From assembly GCA_022750155.1 (NCBI GenBank), contig JAKIWG010000002.1:20947-84946 (forward strand): a stretch of 64,000 nt of DNA, written 5' to 3'. Each line of letters begins with the position of its first letter. Positions within the stretch are counted from its first letter, which is position 1. Both the position numbers and the translations under genes were made by a program. A model generated the notes under the pieces. The model was given only the letters and a program-made list of their open reading frames with translations. It did no database searches and was not told the origin of the DNA. Source of the DNA: Thermoplasmata archaeon. Lineage in GTDB: Archaea; Thermoplasmatota; Thermoplasmata; Lutacidiplasmatales; UBA184. Shown here one piece after another: positions 28,281-39,500 of this stretch.

Positions 28281-29446
28281 GGCGAACCCCCCTCGAGCGC
28301 GCGGCGGAATCCGACGATCGACGCGTTCGGGACGGGGGCCGCCGGGGCCCATCGGTCGGCGAAGATCGTGACGCCGAACTCGTTGTGGACCGCCCTGCCC
28401 TCCACGAGGAAACGCCGACCGAACGTGCTCGACGACAGCATGTCCTCGAGGGCGGGTAGCTGGGCCGACGCCGCCCCGATACACTCGTCGAGGGTGCGAG
28501 CCAGGAGGGCCTCGGTCAGGGAACGCCCGAGCTCCACGGTGGCGGTCCCCGTCCCGTCGTCGAGGACGACTCGGGCCCGTAGGTCGGGGTAGCCCGACAC
28601 GTTGCCGTGGGTGCGACACACCCCCAGGGAGAGGGTCCGACGGCACTCGGGACATCGATGGACGAGGCCGCTCGGGGGCAGCACCCCCAACGCCCATCCC
28701 GCGACGGAAACACCGGCGGTGCCCAGCCGTCCCTCCAGATCCGCGAGAGTAAGGGTCGGGACGACGGCCAGCTCGTCGGCCGACGGAAGGTGACCTTCGG
28801 GCAACGGCTCGACCGTGCAACGCTCATCGAGTGTCACTTGAGGCTGGTCGCGGAACGACCGAACCACGGCGCCTCGGATCCGATACGCCGATCCCGGATC
28901 GAGATGGAAGTCGGACCATGCGGTGAACGGGATCTTTCCGGACGAATCGGCGAGCGTGCCCTCAAACAGCGTCTTCGCCTCCCCCCGGACCTCAACGGAC
29001 TTCGAGCGAACCGCGAGCACTCGAGCTTCCAGCCGGAACGAATCTTGACCGGGGGCGAGGTCCGACACGTCCGAGAGGGGCACCTCCTCGTCGGGAACGA
29101 CCGGGAGCTCGGATTCCTCAGCCGGCAGGACCCGTGTCCTCGAGTTGAACGTGAGCTCCGAACGCCCCCGGAACTCCCGGATCTGGATGTTCACCGCGCG
29201 TAGGAGAGTCCCGACCTCCACCTCCTCGTTCGGCGGGTCCCACCACGTGAAGCGGACGGTGGCCGTCCCGTCCGTCAGCAGCCCGGAGAGCACCGGACGG
29301 CTCCCCCCGTCCGACCGTCGTACCAGGTCGCGACGCTCGGCCCGTACCACGCGTCCTACGACCATCAGGGCACCCTCCATGGGCCGGAGGTCCCGCAGTC
29401 GGACCTCCCGGTAGTTCGGCGCGTCCGAGTCCGCCGGCAGTTCCAT
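28277..29446 (-). CDS. rpa: Replication protein A large subunit (OB folds + Zn finger)
   Basis: SGLLTDGTATVRFTWW, GTLADSSGKIPFTAW, RCPECRR...CRTHG, DLRARVVLDDGTG. Confidence 0.88.
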   Translation of the reverse strand: MELPADSDAPNYREVRLRDLRPMEGALMVVGRVVRAERRDLVRRSDGGSRPVLSGLLTDGTATVRFTWWDPPNEEVEVGTLLRAVNIQIREFRGRSELTFNSRTRVLPAEESELPVVPDEEVPLSDVSDLAPGQDSFRLEARVLAVRSKSVEVRGEAKTLFEGTLADSSGKIPFTAWSDFHLDPGSAYRIRGAVVRSFRDQPQVTLDERCTVEPLPEGHLPSADELAVVPTLTLADLEGRLGTAGVSVAGWALGVLPPSGLVHRCPECRRTLSLGVCRTHGNVSGYPDLRARVVLDDGTGTATVELGRSLTEALLARTLDECIGAASAQLPALEDMLSSSTFGRRFLVEGRAVHNEFGVTIFADRWAPAAPVPNASIVGFRRALEGGSP

Positions 29447-29583
29447 GAACGCTTCCCACGCCGGGAGCGGTTCAGGGGTTATAGCCCTCGAGAAGGCCGT
29501 GGATGAAGCACGTCGGGAGGGAGCGTGTCGCGACGGCGACCCGGCACAACGTATTTCCCCCGCCCCGGCTCATTCTACCGCGC

Positions 29584-30429
29584 GTGGCGGTCAAGTTTCA
29601 GGCGCGGGTAGACAAGATCCTCGCCGCACGCGACTCGCTGTTGTGCGTCGGGCTCGACCCGGACCCGGCCCAGTTCCCCAAGCCGCTCCACCGCTTGGCG
29701 CCGGCGACCGCGCTCACCAAGTTCGTGGACGGGATCGTCACGGCCACGCTTCCCCACGCCGCGGCGTACAAGATGCAGTTCGGCTCGTACCTGGCATTCG
29801 GTCCGCCGGGATTCGCCGTCCTCGCCAAGCTGGTCCGCCGCATCGGGCCGACCCGGCTTCGGATCCTCGACCTCAAAGCGAACGATATCGGGAACACGAT
29901 GCGCCTGATCCGGGTGGGGGCGTTCGATGCATTCGGGTTCGACGCGGTGACGATCACCCCGTGGCTCGGATGGGAGACGCTCGAGCCGTTTCTCGCCGAC
30001 GGCACGCACGGTTTCTTCGTCGTCGCCCACTCCTCGAACCCGGGCGCTCCGGACTTTCAGGAGATCCCCACCCCCCGGGGCCCTCTCTGGCTGGCGGTCT
30101 GCGCCGAGGTGCGGCGGTTCGCCTCGGCGAACGGGAATGCCGGCGTGGTGGTCGGGGCGACCTACGCAGACGCGATCCGGCTCGCTCGCCAGACCCTGGG
30201 GAATGGCGTCCCGATCCTCGTGCCGGGGGTGGGGGCGCAGGGCGGCCAGCTCTCGACCACCGTGCGCGAGGGCGTCGACGCCCGGGGGCGCGCCTTGCTG
30301 GTCTCGGCGTCCCGAAGCATCCTGTTCGCGTCGAATGGGGCGGACTGGAAGAAGGCCGCGGGGACCGAGGCCAAGCGGCTGAAGTTGCAGATCAACCAGC
30401 TTCGCTCAGGGATCGGTACAGCGCGATGA
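29584..30429 (+). CDS. pyrF: Orotidine-5'-phosphate decarboxylase
   Basis: LCVGLDP, DLKANDIGNT, SNPG, VVGAT, LVPGVGAQGG, SRSILFA. Confidence 0.92.
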   Translation: MAVKFQARVDKILAARDSLLCVGLDPDPAQFPKPLHRLAPATALTKFVDGIVTATLPHAAAYKMQFGSYLAFGPPGFAVLAKLVRRIGPTRLRILDLKANDIGNTMRLIRVGAFDAFGFDAVTITPWLGWETLEPFLADGTHGFFVVAHSSNPGAPDFQEIPTPRGPLWLAVCAEVRRFASANGNAGVVVGATYADAIRLARQTLGNGVPILVPGVGAQGGQLSTTVREGVDARGRALLVSASRSILFASNGADWKKAAGTEAKRLKLQINQLRSGIGTAR

Positions 30430-31525
30430 GCTGCCCGGCCACCGTCGGCAGCCCGTAGCGCTCCTCGGCGCGTTTCCGCGCCGCGGCACCCATCCGCCGT
30501 CGGCGGGCCGGGTCGTCGAGGAGCTCGAGGATCTTCGCCCCCAGGTCGCCGCCGATGAGCGGCTCGGCGAGGAGTCCTTCCTTGCCGGGCTCGATCACCT
30601 CGCGGACCCCGGGCATGTCGGCGGTCACCACCGGTAGGCCGGAGGCCATCGCCTCCGCGACCGCCAACCCGAACCCTTCCAGGCGATTCTGGCTCGGAAA
30701 GACGAACAGGTCCGCCGCGCACAGGTAGGTAGGGAGCTCCGCGTCGCTCACCTCGGCGCAGAACCGGACTCGGTCCAGCACGCCGAGCCGCGCGGCGAGG
30801 CTCTGCAGCCCGGCGAGGCGGGGACCCCGCCCCACGATCAGCGCCGTGACGTCGTCCGGGAGCGCCGGCAGCGTCCGCAGGAGCACTTCGATCCCCTTGT
30901 GGGGGACCAGGCGGCCGGTGAAGGCGAGCACGCGCTTGCCGTCGAGGTCCAGCCGCTGCTTGAGTTCCGTCGCGCCGACCCCGGGTCGGAACCGATCCAG
31001 GTCGACGGACGACGGAATGATCTCGAGCGCACGGCCGCGCAGCGGCGCCGACGTGAGCCCGTAGCTTCGGGTGTGGACGATCACCCGGTCCACCCCCTCC
31101 AGCGTCGGCGGGAGCAGCAGCTTCTCGTACAGCCGGGTCGCGAGTCGGCCGAGCGCCCCGGAGATGTAGAGGTCGCAATGGTAGGTGAGGCAGACCGGCA
31201 CCTTGCGATTTCGGAGACCCCGTACTGCGAAATAGGAGGTGAGCGGGGGCGGATAGTGAAGGTGGACGATGTCGGGCGTCAAGGCGCGAATCGCCCGGCC
31301 CACGCCGTAGTCGATCGGGGTGTTGAGCACGACCCCGAGCGACTTCGCCCGCAGGACCCTAACGCCGTCGACCTCCTCCTCGGCCGGGAGCCCGCGATGA
31401 TGGCGGGAGGTGAGCACCGTCACCTCGTGGCCTTGCCGGACGAACTCTCCGGCGATCGCGCGGACGTGCGATTCGACGCCCCCCGCGTGCGGGTGGTAGA
31501 ACGGGGTCACCTGGAGAATGCGCAC
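30392..31525 (-). CDS. Glycosyltransferase family 4
   Basis: GGVE, FTGRLVPHKG, EGFGLAVAEAMASGLPVV. Confidence 0.92.
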   Translation of the reverse strand: MRILQVTPFYHPHAGGVESHVRAIAGEFVRQGHEVTVLTSRHHRGLPAEEEVDGVRVLRAKSLGVVLNTPIDYGVGRAIRALTPDIVHLHYPPPLTSYFAVRGLRNRKVPVCLTYHCDLYISGALGRLATRLYEKLLLPPTLEGVDRVIVHTRSYGLTSAPLRGRALEIIPSSVDLDRFRPGVGATELKQRLDLDGKRVLAFTGRLVPHKGIEVLLRTLPALPDDVTALIVGRGPRLAGLQSLAARLGVLDRVRFCAEVSDAELPTYLCAADLFVFPSQNRLEGFGLAVAEAMASGLPVVTADMPGVREVIEPGKEGLLAEPLIGGDLGAKILELLDDPARRRRMGAAARKRAEERYGLPTVAGQLIALYRSLSEAG

Positions 31526-31599
31526 GGTTCGCTGACCGACTCCGCGCTCTTACCAGCACCGCTCGCGAGGGGAGGCCGCCGGGCCCCGGGCACGCACGC

Positions 31600-32532
31600 C
31601 TACGGTCCGCTGGTCCCGGCGGGGGATGCGCGGGACTCCCGGGTCTGCATGAGTTCGGACGAGGGAAGGTTCTGGATGTCGAGCCCCCGCATCGCCTCGC
31701 CGAGACCGGTCGAGATCTTCGCGAGGTACGCCGCGTCCTCGAAATGGAGGGAGGCCTCGACGATCGCGCGCGCGACCTTGATCGGATGCTCGGCCTTGAA
31801 GATCCCGCTGCCGACGAAGACGCCATCGACTCCCAACAGCCGGCAGAGCGCGGCGTCCGCCGGCGTGGCGATGCCGCCCGCGGCGAAGTTCACGACCGGC
31901 AGGCGGCCGAGCTTCTGGACCTCGAGTACGAGCGCCTCGGGCACCCGCTCGTGGGCCGCCCACGCGCCAATCTCCTTCTTGGGCATCTTCTGGAGGTCGG
32001 CGACCTCGCTACCGATCTGGCGGATGTGACGGATCGCCTCGACGACGTTGCCCGTGCCGGCTTCTCCCTTGGTGCGGATCATCGCCGCCCCCTCGTCGAC
32101 ACGTCGGAGCGCTTCGCCCAGATTGCGAGCACCGCAGACGAACGGCACCTTGAACGACTTCTTCTCGACGTGCCGGAACGGGTCGGCGGGCGTCAGCACC
32201 TCCGATTCGTCGACCATGTCGACCTTCAGGGCCTCGAGGATCCGCGCCTCGGCCGTGTGGCCGATCCGGCACTTGGCCATCACCGGGATCGAGACCCGCT
32301 CGCGGATCTCGCGGATCTTGTTCGGGTCGGCCATCCGGGCCACCCCCCCCAACGCTCGGATGTCGGCGGGAACCCGCTCGAGCGCCATCACGGCCACCGC
32401 GCCGGCCTCCTCCGCGGTCGCCGCCTGGTCGGCGGTGGTGACGTCCATGATGACGCCCCCCTGCTGCATCTTGGCGAACCCGCGCTTGAGGAGTTCGGTG
32501 CCGAAACGGAGCTTCAAACTGGCGTCGGACAT
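31600..32532 (-). CDS. pdxS: Pyridoxal 5'-phosphate synthase, lyase subunit
   Basis: [52 protein letters not shown]. Confidence 0.96.
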   Translation of the reverse strand: MSDASLKLRFGTELLKRGFAKMQQGGVIMDVTTADQAATAEEAGAVAVMALERVPADIRALGGVARMADPNKIREIRERVSIPVMAKCRIGHTAEARILEALKVDMVDESEVLTPADPFRHVEKKSFKVPFVCGARNLGEALRRVDEGAAMIRTKGEAGTGNVVEAIRHIRQIGSEVADLQKMPKKEIGAWAAHERVPEALVLEVQKLGRLPVVNFAAGGIATPADAALCRLLGVDGVFVGSGIFKAEHPIKVARAIVEASLHFEDAAYLAKISTGLGEAMRGLDIQNLPSSELMQTRESRASPAGTSGP

Positions 32533-32627
32533 CGTCAGGGCCGCCGACGCGGAACGCGTATAAGAGATTGGGTACCGCTCGAAGTTCCTGACGGAAACAG
32601 GTAAGAGGGTCCGGGCCATGGCGCCCG

Positions 32628-32718
32628 ATGCTGGGGGAGCTGTGACTCGGCTGAGAGGACGGGAGCCGCCCGTCGACCCCACGAACCTGATCGGGGTAAT
32701 GCCCGCGAAGGGAACGCG
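32628..32718 (+). promoter_or_regulatory. TPP riboswitch
   Basis: GGGG..GCTGAGA..GACCC..GAACCTGATCGGGGTAATGCCCGCGAAGGGA matches the THI-box consensus; upstream of a thiamine ABC operon. Confidence 0.93.
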
Positions 32719-32758
32719 ATGTGCGACCTAACAGCTCCCGCCCGCGCCTGGCGGGGTC

Positions 32759-33943
32759 ATGGGTAGTTCGAAGGCGGGAACGCACGCCGAAACGCCTCGA
32801 CCCCGTCGGCGGAGCGCCGGCCAGACCGGCCGCGCCATCGCCGCCGTGGCCGTGGCCCTCCTCGTCGCGCTCGGTGCGTACGGCGGGTGGGCGTACCTCC
32901 TCGAGCATCCGGCGAACGGTCGCCCCACGCTGGTGATCTACGCCTACTCGAGCCTGTTCAACAACAATTGCGCGAGCACGACGCCGGTGTATGATGCCGT
33001 CTTCGGCGAGTTTGCCCGCTCCCACGGAGTCAATGTGGAGCTCACCTGTCCCGGCGGGACGCTCGTCAGCACGCTGGTCGCGGAGAAGAGCGCCCCCGGG
33101 GCGGACCTCGTGATCGGGCTCGACGAGCTGACCGGGCCCCAGGCGGATTCGGCCGGCGTATTGACGCCCTACCTGTCCCCCGAGCTCGCCCACGTCCCCG
33201 CGGAGCTCGTGAACGGCCTCGCCCCCGACCACACGCTCACGCCGTACGAGTCCGGCTATCTGGCGATCGACTACAACGACTCCTTCGCGCTCCAGACCGG
33301 GGGCGCCGTGGCGCGGAGCGCCTTTCCGGATTTCGTGCAGAATTCCACGTGGGCGAAGGGGTTGGTCGTCGAGAACCCCACGACGGACATCACGGGGGAG
33401 GAGTTCCTCGCATGGCAGGTCGAGTTCTACTCGCAGGTGCTGCACCAGGACTGGCACTCTTTCTGGCGGAGTGTGGACGCCAACCACCTCCCGACCGCCC
33501 CGGATTGGACGACCGCGTTCAACGAGTTCTCCCAGGCGAGCGGGAATCCGCCGATGGTCGTCAGCTACGCCACGGACCCGGCGTACTACGTCTACACGTA
33601 CAACGCCACTTCCCCGTTCCACGCCACCCTCTCCTACTGGAACGGGACGTTCTACGGATGGAAGACGACGTACGGCCTGGGAATCGTCCGCGGAAGCAGC
33701 CACACGACGCTCGACCAGGAGTTCATCGACTGGTTCCTCCAGGGAAACGTCCAGTCCGAGATCCCGCTCAATGAATGGGAGTATCCGGCCAACGCCACGA
33801 CGCCGCTGCCCTCCGTGTACGCGAACGCCTTCCTCCCGAGCGGGGTCGTGGCGCTCAACAACGGGACCACCCCGGGCGCCGTGGCGTCGGCCCTGCCTGG
33901 CTGGCTCGACGACTGGCAATCGATGGAGAACGCGGCCGGCTGA
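32759..33943 (+). CDS. thiB: Thiamine ABC transporter substrate-binding protein
   Basis: N-terminal TM, LVIYAYSS, ADLVIGLD, VVSYATDPAY, Q..IP..EW.YPAN; under the TPP riboswitch. Confidence 0.88.
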   Translation: MGSSKAGTHAETPRPRRRSAGQTGRAIAAVAVALLVALGAYGGWAYLLEHPANGRPTLVIYAYSSLFNNNCASTTPVYDAVFGEFARSHGVNVELTCPGGTLVSTLVAEKSAPGADLVIGLDELTGPQADSAGVLTPYLSPELAHVPAELVNGLAPDHTLTPYESGYLAIDYNDSFALQTGGAVARSAFPDFVQNSTWAKGLVVENPTTDITGEEFLAWQVEFYSQVLHQDWHSFWRSVDANHLPTAPDWTTAFNEFSQASGNPPMVVSYATDPAYYVYTYNATSPFHATLSYWNGTFYGWKTTYGLGIVRGSSHTTLDQEFIDWFLQGNVQSEIPLNEWEYPANATTPLPSVYANAFLPSGVVALNNGTTPGAVASALPGWLDDWQSMENAAG

Positions 33944-35550
33944 TGCGGCGACCGGAGCCGGGGCTCGCGGGGCTCGTTCCGCTGCTGCTCTTCGTCGGCG
34001 GATTCGCCCTCCTCCCACCGGTCCTCCTGTTCCTGATGGCGTGGAGCGCCGAGGGCGGCGCCACCGGGCTCTCCCAGCTTCTCGGCGACCCTCTGAACCA
34101 GGCTGCGATCGCCAACTCCCTCGTCCAGGGCGGGTTGAGCGCGGCGGCGGCCGTCGCGGTGGGCTATCCCGCCGGGGTGTTCCTCGGTCGGTACCAGTTC
34201 AAGGGTCGGGACGCGGTGCTCGCGCTGTTCTCGGTGCCGTTCCTCCTGCCCACGCTCGTGGTCGTCGCCGGCGTCGAGGACCTGTTCGGGCCGCTCGGTA
34301 TCGTACGCGCGGTCGCGCCGAGCCTCGGGTTCCTGGGCGACGGCCTCGGCGGGATCCTCCTCGTGAACGTCTGCTTCAACCTCCCGCTCGTGGCGCTGTT
34401 GACCGCCGTGGGGGTGGAGAGTGCGGACTCCCGGCGGGAGGAGGCCGTGGCCGTGCTCGGCGGAGGGCCCGGGAGGTCGTACCTCGAGGTCTGGGGACCG
34501 CCCTCGTGGGTCGGGGCGGGCGCCGGCGCCTTGCTCACTTTCCTGTTCTCGGCGATGGCGTTCGCAGCGCCGCTCCTCGTATGCGGCCCCCGTTGTTACA
34601 CCCTGGAGGCTCGGATCTTCACCCTCGACCAGCAGCTCGTGCAGCCGGGGGCGGCCGGCCTGCTCGCGTTGAGCGCGGTGATGCTCCTCGCCCTCCCCAC
34701 GCTGTCCTACCTGTGGCTCGTGACCCGATTGCGGGAGCGAAGGTCGGCGAGCGAACCCGCCCTGCGGCCGGTCCCATGGGGTCGGCCCGTGGGACTCGCC
34801 CTGGCGGCGGCTACTGGCGCCGTCGTCGTATTGATCGGGAGCCTCGCCGCGGCGGTCGGGTTCCGGGCGCTCCATCCGGCCGCCGGGGGCCAGGGCGGGC
34901 TGTTCAGTCCCGAGGTGACCCAGCGTTTGGGCATCTCCAGTGTCGGCGCCCTCGGAAACACCCTGTTCTTCGCCGCCGGTGCCGCGGTCGTGGCCGTGCT
35001 CCTCGGGATCCTGGCCGGCTTCCTGATGCGCACCTACCCCCCTCTCGCCCGACCCGTCCAGCTCCCGCTGTTCCTACCGCTCCTCGTTTCGCCGGTCATC
35101 CTCTCGTTCTCGGTCGCTGAATTCTGGCGGCCCCTGCTCGGAGGGGAATCGGACGTCTGGTTCCTGATCCTCCTGAGTCAGGCCACGCTCGCCCTCCCGT
35201 TCGCGACGCAGAGCCTTTGGGTCGGCCTGCGTCGCGTGCCGGCGTCGTACGGCGAAGGCGCGCGCACCCTCGGCGCACGCCCGATGACCGCCTATCTGGA
35301 CGCGGAACTCCCGCTGGTCCGGGGCGCGCTGCTGGCGGCCGCGGTCTTCGCGTTCGCCCTCGGGCTCGGGGAATTCACGGCCACCTACTTTCTCGCCACC
35401 CCGAGGTTCTCGACGTGGACGGTCGAGCTGTACCACCTTCAATCCCTGCGGGAGTACGCCGCGGCGGACCAGCTGGCGTTCGCCTTGCTGCTGCTGAGCT
35501 TCGTGAGCTTCCTCGGGTTGCTCGTGGGAGGTCGGCGTGTCCGGTTCTGA
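33943..35550 (+). CDS. thiP: Thiamine ABC transporter permease
   Basis: Two-repeat permease, PFLLPTLVV, EAA-like loops, LGEF.AT; ATG overlaps the thiB stop. Confidence 0.86.
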   Translation: MRRPEPGLAGLVPLLLFVGGFALLPPVLLFLMAWSAEGGATGLSQLLGDPLNQAAIANSLVQGGLSAAAAVAVGYPAGVFLGRYQFKGRDAVLALFSVPFLLPTLVVVAGVEDLFGPLGIVRAVAPSLGFLGDGLGGILLVNVCFNLPLVALLTAVGVESADSRREEAVAVLGGGPGRSYLEVWGPPSWVGAGAGALLTFLFSAMAFAAPLLVCGPRCYTLEARIFTLDQQLVQPGAAGLLALSAVMLLALPTLSYLWLVTRLRERRSASEPALRPVPWGRPVGLALAAATGAVVVLIGSLAAAVGFRALHPAAGGQGGLFSPEVTQRLGISSVGALGNTLFFAAGAAVVAVLLGILAGFLMRTYPPLARPVQLPLFLPLLVSPVILSFSVAEFWRPLLGGESDVWFLILLSQATLALPFATQSLWVGLRRVPASYGEGARTLGARPMTAYLDAELPLVRGALLAAAVFAFALGLGEFTATYFLATPRFSTWTVELYHLQSLREYAAADQLAFALLLLSFVSFLGLLVGGRRVRF

Positions 35551-36532
35551 CCTGCTCCGCGTCGAGGGGCTCTCCTCCGCCTGGGGAGCGACTCCGGTCC
35601 TTAGGAACGTCACCTTCCGCGTCACCGAGGGCGAGTTCCTCGCGCTCATGGGCCCGAACGGCAGTGGAAAGACGACCCTGCTCCGGCTGATCGCCGGCCT
35701 CGACCGGGCGGTTTCCGGGAGCATCCGGCTGCGCGGAGCGTCCCTCGACGGGGTGCCCGCCCACCGGCGCGGCATCGGGCTCCTGTTCCAGGACCCGGAC
35801 CTGTTTCCGAACCGCTCGGTGTGGGAGAACGTCGCCTACGGTCCCCAGGTCCAGAAGATGTCCTCCCGGGCGGTCGAAGCGCGGGTGGAGGAGATGCTCG
35901 AACTGCTGCGGCTCCGACCGCTGGCGGACCGGCGGCCGGATCAGCTCTCCGGCGGCGAGCGGCAGCGGGCGGCCCTCGCCCGAACGCTCGCGCCCCAACC
36001 CGCGCTCGTGCTGCTCGACGAGCCGTTCGCCTCCGTCGATGCCGAAATACGGCTCGAGCTCCGCGCGGAGTTCCGAAAGGTGCTCGCCCAGCGCCGAACC
36101 GCCGCGATCCTCGTCACCCACGACCGGGAGGAGGCCTTGTTCCTGGGGGATCGGGTGGCCGTCCTCCTCGAAGGGGAGCTCCGGCAGACGGGTTCGGCCG
36201 AAGGCCTCCACCGCCACCCCGCCGACGAGGAGGTGGCGCGGTTCCTCGGCTACAATGTGATCGAACTCGACGGGGCCTGGCACGCGGTCGACCCGTTCGA
36301 TCTGGAAGTCGCGGACGGTGGGACCGGGGGAATCGAAGTCGAGGTCGTGGCTTCGGGTTGGTCCCATCGGGGTCGAAGCGTCCTGGTCCGGGCGCCGGGG
36401 GGGGCGGTCTGGCAGATGTTCACCGCGTCCGATGCACCCCCGACCGAGGTGGGGAGTTCGCTCCGGATCCGGTGGCAGCGGGCCGTCCGCCTTGGGACAA
36501 GAGGGGTCCTAGACCAATCTCATATGGAGTGA
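35537..36532 (+). CDS. thiQ: ABC transporter ATPase (thiamine)
   Basis: GPNGSGKT, LSGGERQR, LLDEP, VTHD. Confidence 0.88.
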   Translation: MSGSDLLRVEGLSSAWGATPVLRNVTFRVTEGEFLALMGPNGSGKTTLLRLIAGLDRAVSGSIRLRGASLDGVPAHRRGIGLLFQDPDLFPNRSVWENVAYGPQVQKMSSRAVEARVEEMLELLRLRPLADRRPDQLSGGERQRAALARTLAPQPALVLLDEPFASVDAEIRLELRAEFRKVLAQRRTAAILVTHDREEALFLGDRVAVLLEGELRQTGSAEGLHRHPADEEVARFLGYNVIELDGAWHAVDPFDLEVADGGTGGIEVEVVASGWSHRGRSVLVRAPGGAVWQMFTASDAPPTEVGSSLRIRWQRAVRLGTRGVLDQSHME

Positions 36533-36548
36533 TGGTTCCTCCCGGGCG

Positions 36549-39500
36549 GTGTCCCGAGAACCCCCTCGTCGGATCGGTTGGCCACGGTGGGGCCCTGTCG
36601 CCATCGTGCTGATCTTTCTCCTGAGCGTCCTCCCGATGCCCTCCGGTTTCCTGGCCAACGGCCCGGGGCTCACGCCGGCGCGCGAGCACCCGGTCGCAGC
36701 CCCCGCCGCGCCCCGTGCCGGATCCCACGTCCTGTCTCACCCGTTGCCGAACCAGCCCGCCCCTGTGTTCCACGGACTCGCCCAGGGCGCGTACCGGTCG
36801 AACGGCGTCACTCCCGCGTCCTGGGGCGGTTCCAAGTTGCCCCCGGGGGCCCCGATCCCCAGGAACCTCCTCTCGCATCCGGCCAACTGGTCGGACCCCA
36901 ACGGCTCCGGCATCAACTGGACGGCGCTCGCCAAGTTCTGCTACGGCGTCTGGCCGACCGGGGGCGGGCAGGCGCAGTACCTCGCCAACTGCTACGGCCA
37001 CGATGAGCCGGGCCTCGATCCCTACTCGAACCTGCCGGGCAGCGGCGGCAACGTCAGCTGGAACATCACGCTCCCGACGGGCCGCAACGACACCGAGATC
37101 CAGTCGGCCCTCTACTCCGCGATCTGGTTCGGAATGGTGCTCACGGACCCCTACGCATGGATGGACCAATGTTTCCTGGAGCTCCAGTTCTACCCGGACA
37201 GCAGCTGGGGGCTGTCGCAGGGCAGCGCCGGGAACTGGGTGGGGGCGGCCGTCGCCTGGCAGATTGAAGCCGCCACCGGCGCCGAGGACCCGTGCTTCTA
37301 CCAGCAGCTCACCGTGCAGGGCTCCTCGAACTATTTCAACATGTTCGGCGGCGACAACATCCGCGTCACGATGACGGGCTGGATCGGATCCCCGTACGGC
37401 GAGAACCTCACCATCACCGATGTCACCGGCGGCGGCACGTCGTTCGTCAACCTGTACAACTCGGCATTGTACTACCCCCTCGACCCGTCCTACCTCACGT
37501 CCAGCTTCCCCAACGCCCTGCAGTGGACCCCGGGAGGCGAGCTGCCCGTTTCCTTCGCGTTCGAGACGGGTCACTCCAACTCGAACTTCCCGAACACCAA
37601 CCAGTACGGGGGGTGCAGCGCCGGCCCTCCCCCGCCGACCCCCACGAATCCGTCGGTGCCCTGCCCGAGCTACGACCCCGGCAGCTGGGCGAACGATACC
37701 GTCACCCCGTGGCTGATCCAGCCTCCCGTCTTCTTCAACGCCACCGCCCGGGAGACCGCGACGCAGGTGGGGTTCACCCAGGATTTCGCCGCGATCCTGT
37801 TCATCGACGGGATCAGCAACGGCGCGTGCCTCGGCCGCGACGGATCGGCCTGGTGCTCGTACCCCTGGTACAGCTTCTCGTGCCTTTGGAATGCCTTCGA
37901 GTTCGGCGCCACCGACTACCCTGGCGTGACCCGGGACTTCGGGAAGTACAACGAGTACCCCCGCCCGTTCCTCACCGATAGCGCGAATCTGGGCTACTAC
38001 CCCCCGGGGAACTTTTCGGTCCCCGGGTGCGCGAGCCCCACCTATTCTATCGTAATCGGAGCCCTCGGCGGGAGCGGTGCCGGTACCGCCCGCCTCCTCG
38101 GCACGGGGACGACCACCTCGTCGAACGTCACCGGTCTCACGGTCGGCCAGTATGCGCTGAGTGCCGAACCGAGCCCGGGGTATCGGCTGATCCACTGGGT
38201 CACCACCGGAGGGGCGAGCGTCGACTTCACGAACAGTCCGTGGGCTTCCCTCAACGTGACCGGCAATGGGAGCGTCACGGCCGTGTTCGGCCCGATCACC
38301 GCCGGCACCGTGACGATCCATTTCGTCGACGAACGGGGATGGGGTTGGCAGGCCATCGGTCCGGGCCTGCTCTACGACCCGGTCCCCTCGACCAAGAGCC
38401 TCGGGGTCAACGGGTCGATCACCCTCTTGCCTGGAGTCTATTCGATCCTCGGGTACGCGAAACCCGGATTCAACTTCACCGCTTGGCAGTCCAACAACTC
38501 CGGAGCCAGCGTGGCGGCCGATGGGTTCCCGTACACCTGGCTGGTGGTGACGGGATCGACGAGCGTCGTCCGGATCAATGTCACGTTCACCCCGAGCTTC
38601 GCGAACGCATCGGTCACGATCTCCTGGTTCGGGGCCACCGGGGCGGTCACGTTCAACGGCCAGTCGGTAGGGAACGGCGCCGGGTTCAGCCTCGCGGTCG
38701 GCACGTACCCCCTCGTGGCCACCCCCTCGAGCGGAAACGCGGTCGGGTACATCAGCGCGGGCGGCATCGGCATCGTGCTCGACCAGCACGACGCGACGAA
38801 TGTCACGGTGGAGGCGGGGTTCGTTTCGATCGTGGTCATGTTCGACCTGGCCGCGACGGTCACCGTCGCCACCGCCGGAGGGGATGGCAACGTGTCGATC
38901 GACGGTCTCCCGTTCGCCGGAAACCATTCGGCGGTGGTCCTGCCCGCGATCTTCGCCCCGGGGGAGTTCACCCTCTACGCCACCGAACCCACCGGGAAGG
39001 CGTTCTCCCGCTGGACGGTCGCCAACCCGGCGGACCTGTGGGTCGTCAATCCCAACGCCGCCGTCACCGCGATCTGGGTCAACACCTCGTCGACCCTCAC
39101 CGCGCATTACGTCCCCGCGGCCTCGCTCTATCCGGTCGTGATCCGGATCTCGCCCGCGGGGTCGGGTTCCGTCTCCCTCGACGGAGGGCCATGGACCACC
39201 ACCTCCCCGTGGTTTCTCAATCTCTCGGCCGGCGCCCACCTCTTGGAGGTCACCCCCGGGTCGATGTACGTCGCGTCCTGGACCTCCGCGGGGGGGCTCA
39301 CCCATTCGGCGCCGCCCTCCGTGTATCCCGTGGGCGCCCAGCTCCTAGGCGTCGGCACCAAGCCGGGCTGGCTGAATGGCACGTTCACCCGGCCATCGGG
39401 GGTGTACTTCCCAGTGACGATCGTCGCCGAAGACGCGACCGGGAAGGTCAAGATCGACGGGGTCGCCCGCCCCAACGGGGGGACGATCGTCCTCCTCCCG

